From: an uncultured Eubacteriales bacterium
GTDB lineage: Bacteria > Bacillota > Clostridia > Christensenellales > CAG-917
Assembly (NCBI GenBank): GCA_900547975.1
Contig: URIX01000003.1
Location: 17,867-81,866, forward strand
Reading direction: 5' to 3'
DNA: 64,000 nt
Position numbers and translations under genes: made by a program. Shown here piece after piece: positions 25,404 to 34,886 of this stretch. The notes under the pieces are model-generated. The model worked only from the letters and a program-made list of their open reading frames with translations, did not search any database and was not told the DNA's origin. The stretch's first letter is position 1. Each line of letters starts with the position of its first letter.

Positions 25404-26549
25404 TCAAACTCTCTTGTAAGCGGTGAGTTTTTCGAGGCTGTTTTTTATAGTCGACACGATATAATCGATGTTGTTTATATCGTTTTCATACGACGTGCTG
25501 AATCTTATGATTCCGTCTTTATGGCTTTCGTCAAGTCCGAGTAAGCCTTTGAATCTCGATTCGTGGTGCGACGAACACGCCGAACCGATTCCAACCAATA
25601 TGCCGTAATTTTCTATGTCGTGCAACAAAACTTCGCCTCTTACGTCCTTAAAAGCAACCGTCAATATGTTAGGCGCGAAGTTCTCTTTGGGCGACACAAT
25701 CTCGATTTCGTCAATAGATTCGGTGAGTTTTGCCATCAACTGTTCTCTAAAAATCGTTTTTTTAGAATAGTCAACATCGAAATTATCAAGACAAATCTTC
25801 ACCGCTTGCGCAAATCCGATTATCGCCGGCACATTTTCCGTTCCCGAACGGAAGCCTCTTTCCTGTCCACCGCCATAGATAAGCGGCTTTATTGAAACGC
25901 CTTTTTTGACGAACAATGCCCCGATCCCTTTCGGTCCGTGAATCTTGTGCGCGGAAATCGTATATAAATCCACGTCGAGCGCGCGCAAATTTACTTTGAT
26001 TTTTCCAAACGCTTGCACACCGTCCGAATGGAACACTGCTTTCGGACAATGCTTTCTCGTAAGGCGCACGAGTTTTGCGATGTCGTTTACCGCCCCCGTT
26101 TCGTTGCTCACGTGCATAATCGAAACGAGCGAAACGCTTTCGTCGAGCAGTTTTTCAAATTCTTCGACGTTTATCGAACCGTCTTTATTTATGGGCGCAA
26201 ATTTGACGTCGAAACCTTGTCCCGCAAGTTGATTGGCACTGTTTATAATCGCGTCGTGTTCGCCCTCGCCGACGATAATTCTGCTTCCTTTGGGTTTTCT
26301 CGTGCAGAACAATGCTGTATTGTCCGCTTCGCTTCCGCCCGAAAGGAAATACAACTCGCCGTCGGGTGCTTTGAGGGCGGATTTTATGCTTTCTCTTGCG
26401 TTTTTGATTTTGACGGACAATGCGACTGACGGTTTGTAAAGCGCGGACGGATTGAAAAAATCTTCCATGCTCTCTTTGCGTATGGTTTCGGCAACTTCGG
26501 GATAAATCCTCGTAGTTGCGGCATTGTCAAGATATATCAGTTTGTCCAT
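25404..26549 (-). CDS. Cysteine desulfurase (NifS/NifZ type, ThiI partner)
   Basis: LDNAATT, SAHKIHGPKGIGAL (PLP lysine), GSACSS active-site cysteine. Immediately upstream of thiI. Confidence 0.9.
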   Translation of the reverse strand: MDKLIYLDNAATTRIYPEVAETIRKESMEDFFNPSALYKPSVALSVKIKNARESIKSALKAPDGELYFLSGGSEADNTALFCTRKPKGSRIIVGEGEHDAIINSANQLAGQGFDVKFAPINKDGSINVEEFEKLLDESVSLVSIMHVSNETGAVNDIAKLVRLTRKHCPKAVFHSDGVQAFGKIKVNLRALDVDLYTISAHKIHGPKGIGALFVKKGVSIKPLIYGGGQERGFRSGTENVPAIIGFAQAVKICLDNFDVDYSKKTIFREQLMAKLTESIDEIEIVSPKENFAPNILTVAFKDVRGEVLLHDIENYGILVGIGSACSSHHESRFKGLLGLDESHKDGIIRFSTSYENDINNIDYIVSTIKNSLEKLTAYKRV

Positions 26550-26585
26550 ATTCGTTTTCGGATTGCCGATTTTATAGTTTCGCTA

Positions 26586-27086
26586 TTATTTATTCTTGTT
26601 TTCGTCGCTGTTTGCTATTCCTTTTATCAGAAGCACCAGATAATTGTCGGGCGCAAACAAAAGTCGTTTTTTCTCGTTTTCGACTTTGAACACGATTTGC
26701 CATACGCCGCTCTCGTACGCTTTCGACGCACAGAGTAAATCGGATTTTTCGTCGTATACGTCGTTCATTATCTCGAAGCCGCAAACGTCTTTCCAAAGCA
26801 AATCGAGATACACTCTTTGTCTGTTCACGACGTCTTTCTCGATAACTTTCAATCTTGACGGCGAAAACTCGTAGATATACTCTTTTGCGGTTTTGTTGTA
26901 AAAGTGTATGCAGACCGCGCCGCCAACGAGCAACGTCGCAAAACCGAACATAAAATACCAACTGTAAAACGCCGAAATCAGTATGAATCCGAGCGAGGCG
27001 AGAATCATAGTTATACCCGCCCATTGCAGTTGGCGCATTTTTTGCGACACTTCTACGTCGATTGTTTGCGAATAGTGGTCGGTCAT
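26586..27086 (-). CDS. Hypothetical two-TM membrane protein (166 aa)
   Basis: TM pair WAGITMILASLGFILISAFYSWYFMFGFATLLVGGAVCIHF. The start is 1 nt after the mutS2 stop. No recognisable motif. Confidence 0.6.
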   Translation of the reverse strand: MTDHYSQTIDVEVSQKMRQLQWAGITMILASLGFILISAFYSWYFMFGFATLLVGGAVCIHFYNKTAKEYIYEFSPSRLKVIEKDVVNRQRVYLDLLWKDVCGFEIMNDVYDEKSDLLCASKAYESGVWQIVFKVENEKKRLLFAPDNYLVLLIKGIANSDENKNK

Positions 27087-27087
27087 A

Positions 27088-29136
27088 TCACTTCACCTTG
27101 AAATAGTCGTCTTTTTTGACTTTCGTCGTAAGTTTTCCAAAGGAAACGACCGCTTCGCCGCGTTGATTTACGGACGCGAGTTTGCCTCTCTTTTGCAAGG
27201 ATTTGACAAAGACGTTATCGCCGATTTTCAAAGGGGAATCGTCGGGAACGTCCTCGACGACCGCTTCTTTTTCGTAGTCTGCGGACATATTTTCCAGTTG
27301 TTTTTTGAGTTTTCTCGCCTCGAACAAATCCTTGTCCTCAACTTCGGGCTTGTTGAGAATATCCTTTATTTGCGCAAGAATATCGTTTGCCTCTTCAACG
27401 CTGTTTTCGATGAGGCGTTTGGTTTCCTTGCGTATGCTTTCGTCGAGTTTTTCACGCTTTTCTTCGATTCGTTTCTTCTCGATTTCGGCGTCTTTCAACG
27501 CTTTTGCGGCGTTTTCTCGGTCTATCGACGCTTCGCTCACGAGTTCGGCGGCTTTCACTCTGGTCTTTTCCGCCGCTGTCAAAACGTTGTCGAATTGGCG
27601 TTTTTCAACGGATATTTTGCTCTTTGCGTTTTCGATAATCTCGTCCGAAAGTCCGAGTTTCTTTGCAATGGCGAGCGCGTTCGACGAACCTATCGCGCCC
27701 ATAACGAGTTTGTAGGTCGGACAGAACGTGTTGCTGTCAAATTCCATAGAAGCCGCAACGACGCCCTTCGTCACGAGCGAAAACTCTTTAAGGTCGTTAA
27801 AGTGCGACGTGATAAACGCTTTTGCGCCAACTTTGAGCAAGTATTCGGCGATACTGACGGCAAGTGCCGCGCCTTCGCCGGGGTCCGTACCTGCGCCGAG
27901 TTCGTCGAACAAAACGAGTGATTTTGACGTGATAACGTTCAAAATTCCAATCGTATTCTTGATATGTGACGAGAACGTAGACAAACTTTGTTCTATGCTC
28001 TGCTCGTCGCCGATGTCACTGTACACGCCGTCGAAAACGGAAAGGTTCGCGCTCTTTGCGGGGATAAACAATCCGCTCATTGCCATAATCGTAAACAGAC
28101 CGACAAGTTTGAGCGTAACGGTTTTTCCGCCCGTATTCGGACCTGTAATCAACAGCATTTTCTCGTCTTTTTCGAGAGCGAGCGAAACGGGAACGACTTT
28201 TTTTCCGTCGATAAGCGGATGTCTGCCCGCGCGGATATTGATTATTCCCGCTTCGTTGAGTTCGGGTTTCACCGCCTTATACTCTCTTGCGAGTTGCGCT
28301 TTTGCAAACACCATATCCATATCGACAACGGTGTTGTAACTGTAAGTTATGCCGTCCGCGCAACTTTCGATTTGATTTGAAAAACCTCTCAAAATCCTTT
28401 CGATTTCGAGTTGTTCGTTGACGAGTTCGACTTTGAGTTCGTTGTTGAGTTCGACGATTTGCATAGGCTCTACGAATAACGTCGAACCCGAAGCGGATTG
28501 ATCGTGAACGAGTCCGGGGATTGTGCCTTTGCAGTCGCTTTTTACGGGTATGACGTACCTATCGCCGCGCACGGTTATGATGTTGTCTTGAAGATATTTC
28601 GAGTATTGCGGCGACGTTATGAAAAGTTGGAGTTTACTTCTTACGTTGTCGTTGAGTTTGCGAATACGAATACGAATCGCGCGCAACTCGTTCGAGGCGT
28701 TGTCGGCAACTTCCGTTTCGCTCAAAAACGCGTCGAAAATCTTTTTTTCGAGGGTTTCGTTCTCGAACAGTCCCATTGCCATACCTGCAAGTATCGGGCA
28801 ATCTTTCACCTTGTCGATAGTGTATTTGAGTCTTCTCGACACGCGAAGCGACCTTCCGACTTTCATAATTTCGGGGATTGCGAGCGTTGCGCCCTTTTTC
28901 GCCTTTACGAGAATCTCGCTTATGTCGTCGACTGAGAAATTGGGCGATAAAGAATACTCGAAAAGCACTCTGTCCGCTTCCGATGTTTCGTCGAGAGCGT
29001 AGTTTGCATCCGCGATTTTCTCGAACGGGACAAGCGACTTTGCCTTATCTTTTCCGCCTTGCGATTGCGCAAACGAGGCAAGTTTGTCGAGAATTTTGGG
29101 ATATTCGAGCGTATTCAAACTCTTTTGGTCAAACAT
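27088..29136 (-). CDS. mutS2: MutS2-family ATPase lacking the C-terminal Smr domain
   Basis: GPNTGGKTVTLK, DELGAGTDPGEGAALA, long K/E coiled-coil, then a KOW-like end ...IGDNVFVKSLQKRGKLASVNQRGEAVVSFGKLTTKVKKDDYFKVK-stop. Only 682 aa. Confidence 0.85.
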   Translation of the reverse strand: MFDQKSLNTLEYPKILDKLASFAQSQGGKDKAKSLVPFEKIADANYALDETSEADRVLFEYSLSPNFSVDDISEILVKAKKGATLAIPEIMKVGRSLRVSRRLKYTIDKVKDCPILAGMAMGLFENETLEKKIFDAFLSETEVADNASNELRAIRIRIRKLNDNVRSKLQLFITSPQYSKYLQDNIITVRGDRYVIPVKSDCKGTIPGLVHDQSASGSTLFVEPMQIVELNNELKVELVNEQLEIERILRGFSNQIESCADGITYSYNTVVDMDMVFAKAQLAREYKAVKPELNEAGIINIRAGRHPLIDGKKVVPVSLALEKDEKMLLITGPNTGGKTVTLKLVGLFTIMAMSGLFIPAKSANLSVFDGVYSDIGDEQSIEQSLSTFSSHIKNTIGILNVITSKSLVLFDELGAGTDPGEGAALAVSIAEYLLKVGAKAFITSHFNDLKEFSLVTKGVVAASMEFDSNTFCPTYKLVMGAIGSSNALAIAKKLGLSDEIIENAKSKISVEKRQFDNVLTAAEKTRVKAAELVSEASIDRENAAKALKDAEIEKKRIEEKREKLDESIRKETKRLIENSVEEANDILAQIKDILNKPEVEDKDLFEARKLKKQLENMSADYEKEAVVEDVPDDSPLKIGDNVFVKSLQKRGKLASVNQRGEAVVSFGKLTTKVKKDDYFKVK

Positions 29137-29213
29137 AACTTCACTTATATTTCGTTATCTGCCGCAAAAACCGACGAAGCGTGGCGTTTCGTCGATTTGC
29201 GATTTTATATGGA

Positions 29214-31613
29214 TTATCTGATTTTTGCGCCGACTTTGCGTTTGAGTGCGGACAAAATCTTTGCCATTTCGGCGGCGATTTCGTCGTCGGTGAGCGTACG
29301 TTCGAGCGATGAGAAAGCAAAACTCATCGCAACGCTCTTTTTATTCTTACCGATTTGTTCGCTCTTGTATTCGTCGAACACTTTAACGTCGGTGAGAAAT
29401 TTGATTTTCGCGCCTTTGACCGCGTCGACAATGTCTTGCGCAAGCACACTCTCGTCAACGACGACTGCGAGGTCGCGGTCGATATTCGGGAATTTTCCGA
29501 ACGGAGCGCATTTGCTCTTTTCAAGGCTTTCGCCGTTGAAAATGCCGTCAATCGAGATTTCCGCAACGTAGATTCTCGTGTTGTCAACGCCGTAGTTCTT
29601 TTGAACGTCGGGATGCAATTCGCCCAGATACCCCACGCTTTTGCCTTTTACGAACGCTTCCGCGCTTCTGCCCGGGTGCAAGAACGGCTTGTTTGCCCTT
29701 GCGTACTTGACGTCGATATGCAACGCTCTGAACACTTGTTCGATTGCGCCTTTAAGTTCGAAATAATCCGCGCCGTCGCCGTATTCGCCTATGCAAAGTC
29801 TGCATTCTTCGTTCGGCAATTCTTCGAGCGGAAGGCTCTTTGGCAAGTATACGTTCGCAACCTCGAAAAGTCTTGCGCTCTTGTTGAAATGGGTTGTGTT
29901 GTATACGAGCGTTTCAATCATACTGTGCGTAAGCGTCGTGCGCATAACACTGAGTGCTTCGCCGAGCGGATTTTTGAGCCGAATTGCGTTTCTTGCCTCG
30001 TCGTTCTCGTCGAGATTTAATAGCGTTGCGAATTTGGGCGACGTGAACGAGTACGTCACGCTTTCCATCAGTCCGCACGCGCGCAAGGTGTCTTTCACGA
30101 CGTTCACAAACTTGTTTTTGTCGGGAAGTCCGCCCTCTGCGAGTCCGGCAAACTCGAACAACGTCGGTTTGATATGCGAATATCCGTAAACGCGGATAAA
30201 TTCTTCTGCGATGTCGTTCACGCCGACGATGTCTTCTCTGTCCTCTTTTACGAGTGCGACGAGAGTTTTTCCGTCCTCTCTGACCTCGATTCCGAGACGA
30301 GCAAGTATGGAAATAAGCGTGTTTTTAGGCACTTTGCAGCCGAGAATTTCTTGTATTTTCTTGGTTGTGAACGGAATTTCTCTTAGGGATTGATAATCCA
30401 CTTTCACGTCGATAAGACCGTCTACGATGTCGCCCGAGCCGCTTTGATACACGAGGGTCAAAGCACGTTTGATTCCGTATTCTTGCGAAGCGAAATCTAT
30501 GCCCTTTTCAAATCTTGCCGAACTGTCCGAGCGCAGATTGAGCGCGCGAGAGGTACGGCGCACGTTGTCGCGAGCAAACTTTGCCGCCTCGAAAACGACT
30601 TCGTTCGTATCGTCTTGAATACCGCTGTTTGCGCCGCCCATAACGCCTGCCACCGCAACCGGTCTGTCGCTGTCGCAGATGACGAGCATACTCGGATTGA
30701 GTTTGTTTTCTTTACCGTCGAGAGTGACGATAACCTCGCCGTCTTTTGCGTTGCGCACGACGATTTTGTCGCCCGTGAGTTCTCTCTTATCAAACGAGTG
30801 CATGGGTTGACCGATTTCGATGAGAACGTAGTTGGTGATGTCGACGATGTTGTTTATCGGACGAATACCCACCGCTCTCAATCTCGATTTTATCTTTTGC
30901 GAGGACGGGAAAATCTTGATATTCTTCACGCCTGCCGCCATATATCTTGGGCAAAGTTCCTGATTTTGAACGTCGACGCTGACCATATCGGTGACTTTTG
31001 CGCCGCAAGAGCAAACTTTATAGTCGATGACGGGTTCTCTGCAATCGGTGTTGAGCGCGACTGCGACTTCTTTTGCCATTTTGTAAATGCTGTTGCAGTC
31101 GGGACGATTTGCAGTGACGCTCACGTCAAGGATAATATCGTCGTAGCCGAGTGCTTTGAGCGCGTTTTGACCGAGCGTCGTGCCCTCTTCAAAGCGAATG
31201 ATGTCGCCCGTCTTTTGATTTTGCGCGTCGTCTTCGGTTACGCCGACTTCTTCGAGACCGCAAAGCATACCCTCGCTGACAACGCCTCTGAGTTCGCCCT
31301 TTTTGATGTCGTGACCGTCGGCAAGGTGCGCACCGTCAAGCGCGACCGCAATGGTTTCGCCGCCCTCTACGGGAACGTTGGTTACGACTTGAATGGTCTT
31401 TGAACCGATATCGATTTGAGTTACGCGCAAACGGTCGGCGTTGGGATGTTTTTCAACCTTGACGATTTTTCCGACGACGACGTTTGTCGCTTGTTTTTCT
31501 TGATAAATAATATCTTCCACTTCAAAACCGATACCGACGAGTTTTTTTGCGAGAGTCGGGATTGAAACGTTGATGTCCACGTAATCTTTAAGCCAGGAAA
31601 TAGGAACTAACAT
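29214..31613 (-). CDS. pheT: Phenylalanine--tRNA ligase beta subunit
   Basis: 799 aa. MLVPISWLKDY, tRNA-binding domain VVGKIVKVEKHPNADRLRVTQIDIG. Adjacent to pheS. Confidence 0.95.
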   Translation of the reverse strand: MLVPISWLKDYVDINVSIPTLAKKLVGIGFEVEDIIYQEKQATNVVVGKIVKVEKHPNADRLRVTQIDIGSKTIQVVTNVPVEGGETIAVALDGAHLADGHDIKKGELRGVVSEGMLCGLEEVGVTEDDAQNQKTGDIIRFEEGTTLGQNALKALGYDDIILDVSVTANRPDCNSIYKMAKEVAVALNTDCREPVIDYKVCSCGAKVTDMVSVDVQNQELCPRYMAAGVKNIKIFPSSQKIKSRLRAVGIRPINNIVDITNYVLIEIGQPMHSFDKRELTGDKIVVRNAKDGEVIVTLDGKENKLNPSMLVICDSDRPVAVAGVMGGANSGIQDDTNEVVFEAAKFARDNVRRTSRALNLRSDSSARFEKGIDFASQEYGIKRALTLVYQSGSGDIVDGLIDVKVDYQSLREIPFTTKKIQEILGCKVPKNTLISILARLGIEVREDGKTLVALVKEDREDIVGVNDIAEEFIRVYGYSHIKPTLFEFAGLAEGGLPDKNKFVNVVKDTLRACGLMESVTYSFTSPKFATLLNLDENDEARNAIRLKNPLGEALSVMRTTLTHSMIETLVYNTTHFNKSARLFEVANVYLPKSLPLEELPNEECRLCIGEYGDGADYFELKGAIEQVFRALHIDVKYARANKPFLHPGRSAEAFVKGKSVGYLGELHPDVQKNYGVDNTRIYVAEISIDGIFNGESLEKSKCAPFGKFPNIDRDLAVVVDESVLAQDIVDAVKGAKIKFLTDVKVFDEYKSEQIGKNKKSVAMSFAFSSLERTLTDDEIAAEMAKILSALKRKVGAKIR

Positions 31614-31622
31614 ATTCGCACC

Positions 31623-32642
31623 TCAGTTGAATTGTTTGAGAAAACGCACGTCGTTTTCGTAGAGCATTTTGATGTTGGGAATGCCGTATTTAATCATAGC
31701 GATACGGTCGATACCGAATCCGAACGCAAAGCCGCTGTAAACGCTGCTGTCTATTCCGCACATATCGAGAACGTGCGGATTGACGATACCTGCGCCGAGA
31801 ATCTCGACCCAACCGGTGCCCTTGCAGACTCTGCAACCTTTTCCGTGGCACATAGAGCAAGTGACGTCAACCTCGACGGACGGCTCTGTGAACGGGAAAT
31901 ACGACGGGCGAAGTCTGACTTTAGTATCTTTCGAGAAGAGTTTTTCCGCAAACGTTTGCAAGCAACCTTGCAAATCGCCCATAGTGATGTGTTTGTCGAT
32001 TGCAAGTCCCTCGAACTGATTGAAAATCGGGCTGTGGGACGCGTCGTCATCGCTTCTATACACCTTACCGGGTGAAATTATACGGATAGGCGGCTCGCCC
32101 GCTTGCATAACGCGCGCCTGAACAGCGGATGTTTGCGTGCGAAGCACGATGTTGTCATTGATATAGAAAGTGTCCTGCATATCGCGTGCGGGATGGTCTT
32201 TAGGCACGTTGAGAAGTTGAAAATTATACAAATCGCTTTCGATTTCGGGTCCTTCCACGACGGAAAACCCCATACCCGAGAAAATATCGATAAGTTCTCT
32301 CGTAATGAGTGTGAGAGGATGCAAAGTGCCGAGATTTTCACGATTAGACGGCAAAGTAACGTCGATTTCCTCTGCTTTGAGGCGAGCAAGTTTCTCTTGC
32401 TCTACAACTTGTTCGGTCTTTTGGTTGAGCACGGCTTCGACTGCGAAGCGCAATTCGTTGACGAGTTTGCCCATCATCGGACGTTCCTCTTTGGGTACGT
32501 TTGCCATATCTCTCATAAGCATAGAGATTTCGCCGCTTTTGCCGAGATATTTGACTCTGACGTCGTTGAGATCTTGCGACGTTTGAGCTTTCTCGATCAT
32601 TTCGAGAGCGGCGTTTTTGATAGCGTCCATTTTTTCTTTCAT
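31623..32642 (-). CDS. pheS: Phenylalanine--tRNA ligase alpha subunit
   Basis: HPARDMQDTFY, FPFTEPS, GFAFGFGIDRIAM. Start set at ATG 32642 (MKEKMDAIK) with AGGAG upstream; the tracked start at 32705 is an upstream extension. Confidence 0.92.
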   Translation of the reverse strand: MKEKMDAIKNAALEMIEKAQTSQDLNDVRVKYLGKSGEISMLMRDMANVPKEERPMMGKLVNELRFAVEAVLNQKTEQVVEQEKLARLKAEEIDVTLPSNRENLGTLHPLTLITRELIDIFSGMGFSVVEGPEIESDLYNFQLLNVPKDHPARDMQDTFYINDNIVLRTQTSAVQARVMQAGEPPIRIISPGKVYRSDDDASHSPIFNQFEGLAIDKHITMGDLQGCLQTFAEKLFSKDTKVRLRPSYFPFTEPSVEVDVTCSMCHGKGCRVCKGTGWVEILGAGIVNPHVLDMCGIDSSVYSGFAFGFGIDRIAMIKYGIPNIKMLYENDVRFLKQFN

Positions 32643-32907
32643 AAAAACTCCTAAATTTTCGCACGCGTGGTGCGCGCACGATAAATATCTAAAAAATAAT
32701 AACAATATTAAAGTAATAAGTCAACAAAATGTGTCCAAACGTTGTCGAAACGTCGAAAAATTGTGTCAAAAATGCCGTCGAGACGTAAAAAATCTTTCAA
32801 ACCGTACTTAAACATAGAAAAGCATATCGTTTGAAAAAAAGAATGGTTTTTACATTGCCGTTAAATCGCCTAATAAACGTAGCAATTTACTGCACTGACA
32901 AAACAAC

Positions 32908-34284
32908 TCATTTCTTCACTATGACGGTGACGTCGAGAGGCTTGTTTGCAAGTCGAATATATTTCGTTCCCTCTATTCTCGTGTTGCCGAGATAAATTTT
33001 GGTATCTTCGCCGCGCTTGATGTGCATCGTATGTTTAATTTCGTTGTTTGAAAACACAACGTCCGCGCTGTCGATATTGTCGGGCAAATGCGGCGATATG
33101 CGCAATACGTCGCCGAGCGTGGAAATCCCGAAATTCAAATTGTTAAACTTGTATATCGGCTCAAAACTATTCTCAAAATCGACTATTCTTAAAATACTTT
33201 TGTTTTCTTTCGTTGATTTTTTATCAAAAAATACTCGCATAAAGAAATCAGAACTCAATGCCGCGCCGAGCATTGCGATGTCTTTTTTGTGGGAAAGAAT
33301 ACATATCGATTTATCGAAAAAATTCACCTTTTTCACTTTACTATGCCCTGCCGACGCGCTTTGCATATACTTTTCAACTCGGATTGAATACATAAACTCG
33401 TCAAGGTTTTCCTTTTCGCTCAAACTGCTTGCAAGCGACAAAAAGCCGAACTTTTGATTTTCGGTCGCATTTTCAAAACAATCGAACTTATCGTATATTT
33501 CGAGCGGCGTATAGTATCTCGAAAAATCAAAATTCAGCACGGATTCCGCACTGTCGCAAAGCCTCGAATATGTCATATACAATCCGTCGATAACGCCGTC
33601 GAGACTCTCTTTGTCCTTCTTTTGATAATTAGATTCGAGCATACAAAGTTCCAAAAACAGTTTTGATTTTGAAAAACTCTTGTATTTTTTGTTTTTGCAC
33701 GCCGTTCCGTTGTCTTTAACGTACTTTTTTGCAAGATTCATCGCCTTTGCAACAGTATTCAGATTTTCAAAAACGAAATAGATTTTTTCGAGAATAATGT
33801 ACAAAAACGCTTCTTTCATCGTCGTTATCTCGGCAAAAGTCAGCGTTTTGAGCCTGTTATGCTCGTTTGCAAGCGTTTTGAATCTGTCCTCGACGAAAAT
33901 CCAGCCCGTAGACGCAAGGCAGAATCTTGCAAGTTCCGCCGCTCTCGGTTTGCCGTTTACACTCGGATTGGCGCAAAGCGCGCTGAAATCTATTTTGCAT
34001 ATTCTATCGACAATCTGCCTGTCCTCGCAAAACGTCGAGAATATCCCCTTATATTTTTTGTTTTTCAACTTGAAAAGCAGCCATTTTATGTGACTTTTGT
34101 ACTTTTTGTCCTCGATTTCGCTTCCCTTGTCGGGCGATTGAAAATCGAATACGAGAAGTTTCGACTTTTCCTCGTACTCTGCGTTCGTTAGCACGGGAAA
34201 ATACACCTCTTTGGGATTCTTTTTCAAAATCATATATGCGATGAAAAACACCGTAACGACCAATATCGTCAATACGTACGCCAT
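32908..34284 (-). CDS. AT-rich orphan, N-terminally anchored hypothetical protein (458 aa)
   Basis: TM segment YVLTILVVTVFFIAYMIL, then a K/F/N-rich soluble region. Visibly AT-richer than the pheS and rnpB flanks. No confident family assignment. Confidence 0.6.
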   Translation of the reverse strand: MAYVLTILVVTVFFIAYMILKKNPKEVYFPVLTNAEYEEKSKLLVFDFQSPDKGSEIEDKKYKSHIKWLLFKLKNKKYKGIFSTFCEDRQIVDRICKIDFSALCANPSVNGKPRAAELARFCLASTGWIFVEDRFKTLANEHNRLKTLTFAEITTMKEAFLYIILEKIYFVFENLNTVAKAMNLAKKYVKDNGTACKNKKYKSFSKSKLFLELCMLESNYQKKDKESLDGVIDGLYMTYSRLCDSAESVLNFDFSRYYTPLEIYDKFDCFENATENQKFGFLSLASSLSEKENLDEFMYSIRVEKYMQSASAGHSKVKKVNFFDKSICILSHKKDIAMLGAALSSDFFMRVFFDKKSTKENKSILRIVDFENSFEPIYKFNNLNFGISTLGDVLRISPHLPDNIDSADVVFSNNEIKHTMHIKRGEDTKIYLGNTRIEGTKYIRLANKPLDVTVIVKK

Positions 34285-34383
34285 ACGGCGATTATTGCCA
34301 TATTTTGAACGAAATAGTAATTCTAAATCAACATATTTTCAAATTCGGTTGCAAAATATCGTCATTTGTGCTTTAATTTTAAT

Positions 34384-34702
34384 GCGAGTTAGCCGAACGG
34401 TCGCGTGAAATATTGAGGAAAGTCCGAGCATCACAGGGCAAGGGTGCCGGGTAACTCCCGGTGAAGGCGACTTCAAGGACAGTGCAACAGAAAAAAACCG
34501 CCGCGTATGCGGTAAGGATGGAAAGGCGAGGTAAGAGCTCACCCGCAATTTGGCGACAATGCGCGATGTAAACCCCACTCGATGCAAGATCGGGAGTACG
34601 AAATGTGGCCCGCAAACTCCCCACATCGCTTGAAACGTGCAGAAATGTACGTTGTAGATAGATGACCGTTTAAGACAGAACTCGGCTTACAGACTATCTC
34701 GC
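34384..34702 (+). ncRNA. rnpB: RNase P RNA, bacterial type A
   Basis: GAGGAAAGTCCGAGC (34415-34429) and ACAGAACTCGGCTTA (34675-34689) are the two P4 strands. GGGTGCCGGGTAACTCCCGG and AGTGCAACAGAAA match type-A core elements. The ends gcgag/ctcgc pair as P1. Confidence 0.9.
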
Positions 34703-34710
34703 AAAATGAA

Positions 34711-34740
34711 AAAAGAAGGCGCAAGAGCCTTCTTTTTTCT
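34711..34740. terminator. Rho-independent terminator between convergent rnpB and recN
   Basis: aaaagaaggc-gcaaga-gccttctttt with A/T runs on both sides. Confidence 0.75.
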
Positions 34741-34886
34741 TATATTTTTTTATATTTTTTCGATTCATTTGTACTTCGTTTAGTTCTATATATTTGTCGC
34801 ATTACACGATACGATTTGACGTAATTGCGACTATTGCAACGTTATCCATATTATTTGCATTTCAAATATTGCGGCTGAATTCAGGA

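Noticed and set aside
32643-32907. T-box leader expected upstream of pheS in Firmicutes
   Set aside because: I could not find the T-box consensus (AATTAGGGTGGTACCGCG-like), or a specifier/terminator-antiterminator arrangement, on the minus strand. Only one short GC-rich palindromic stretch lies near the RBS.
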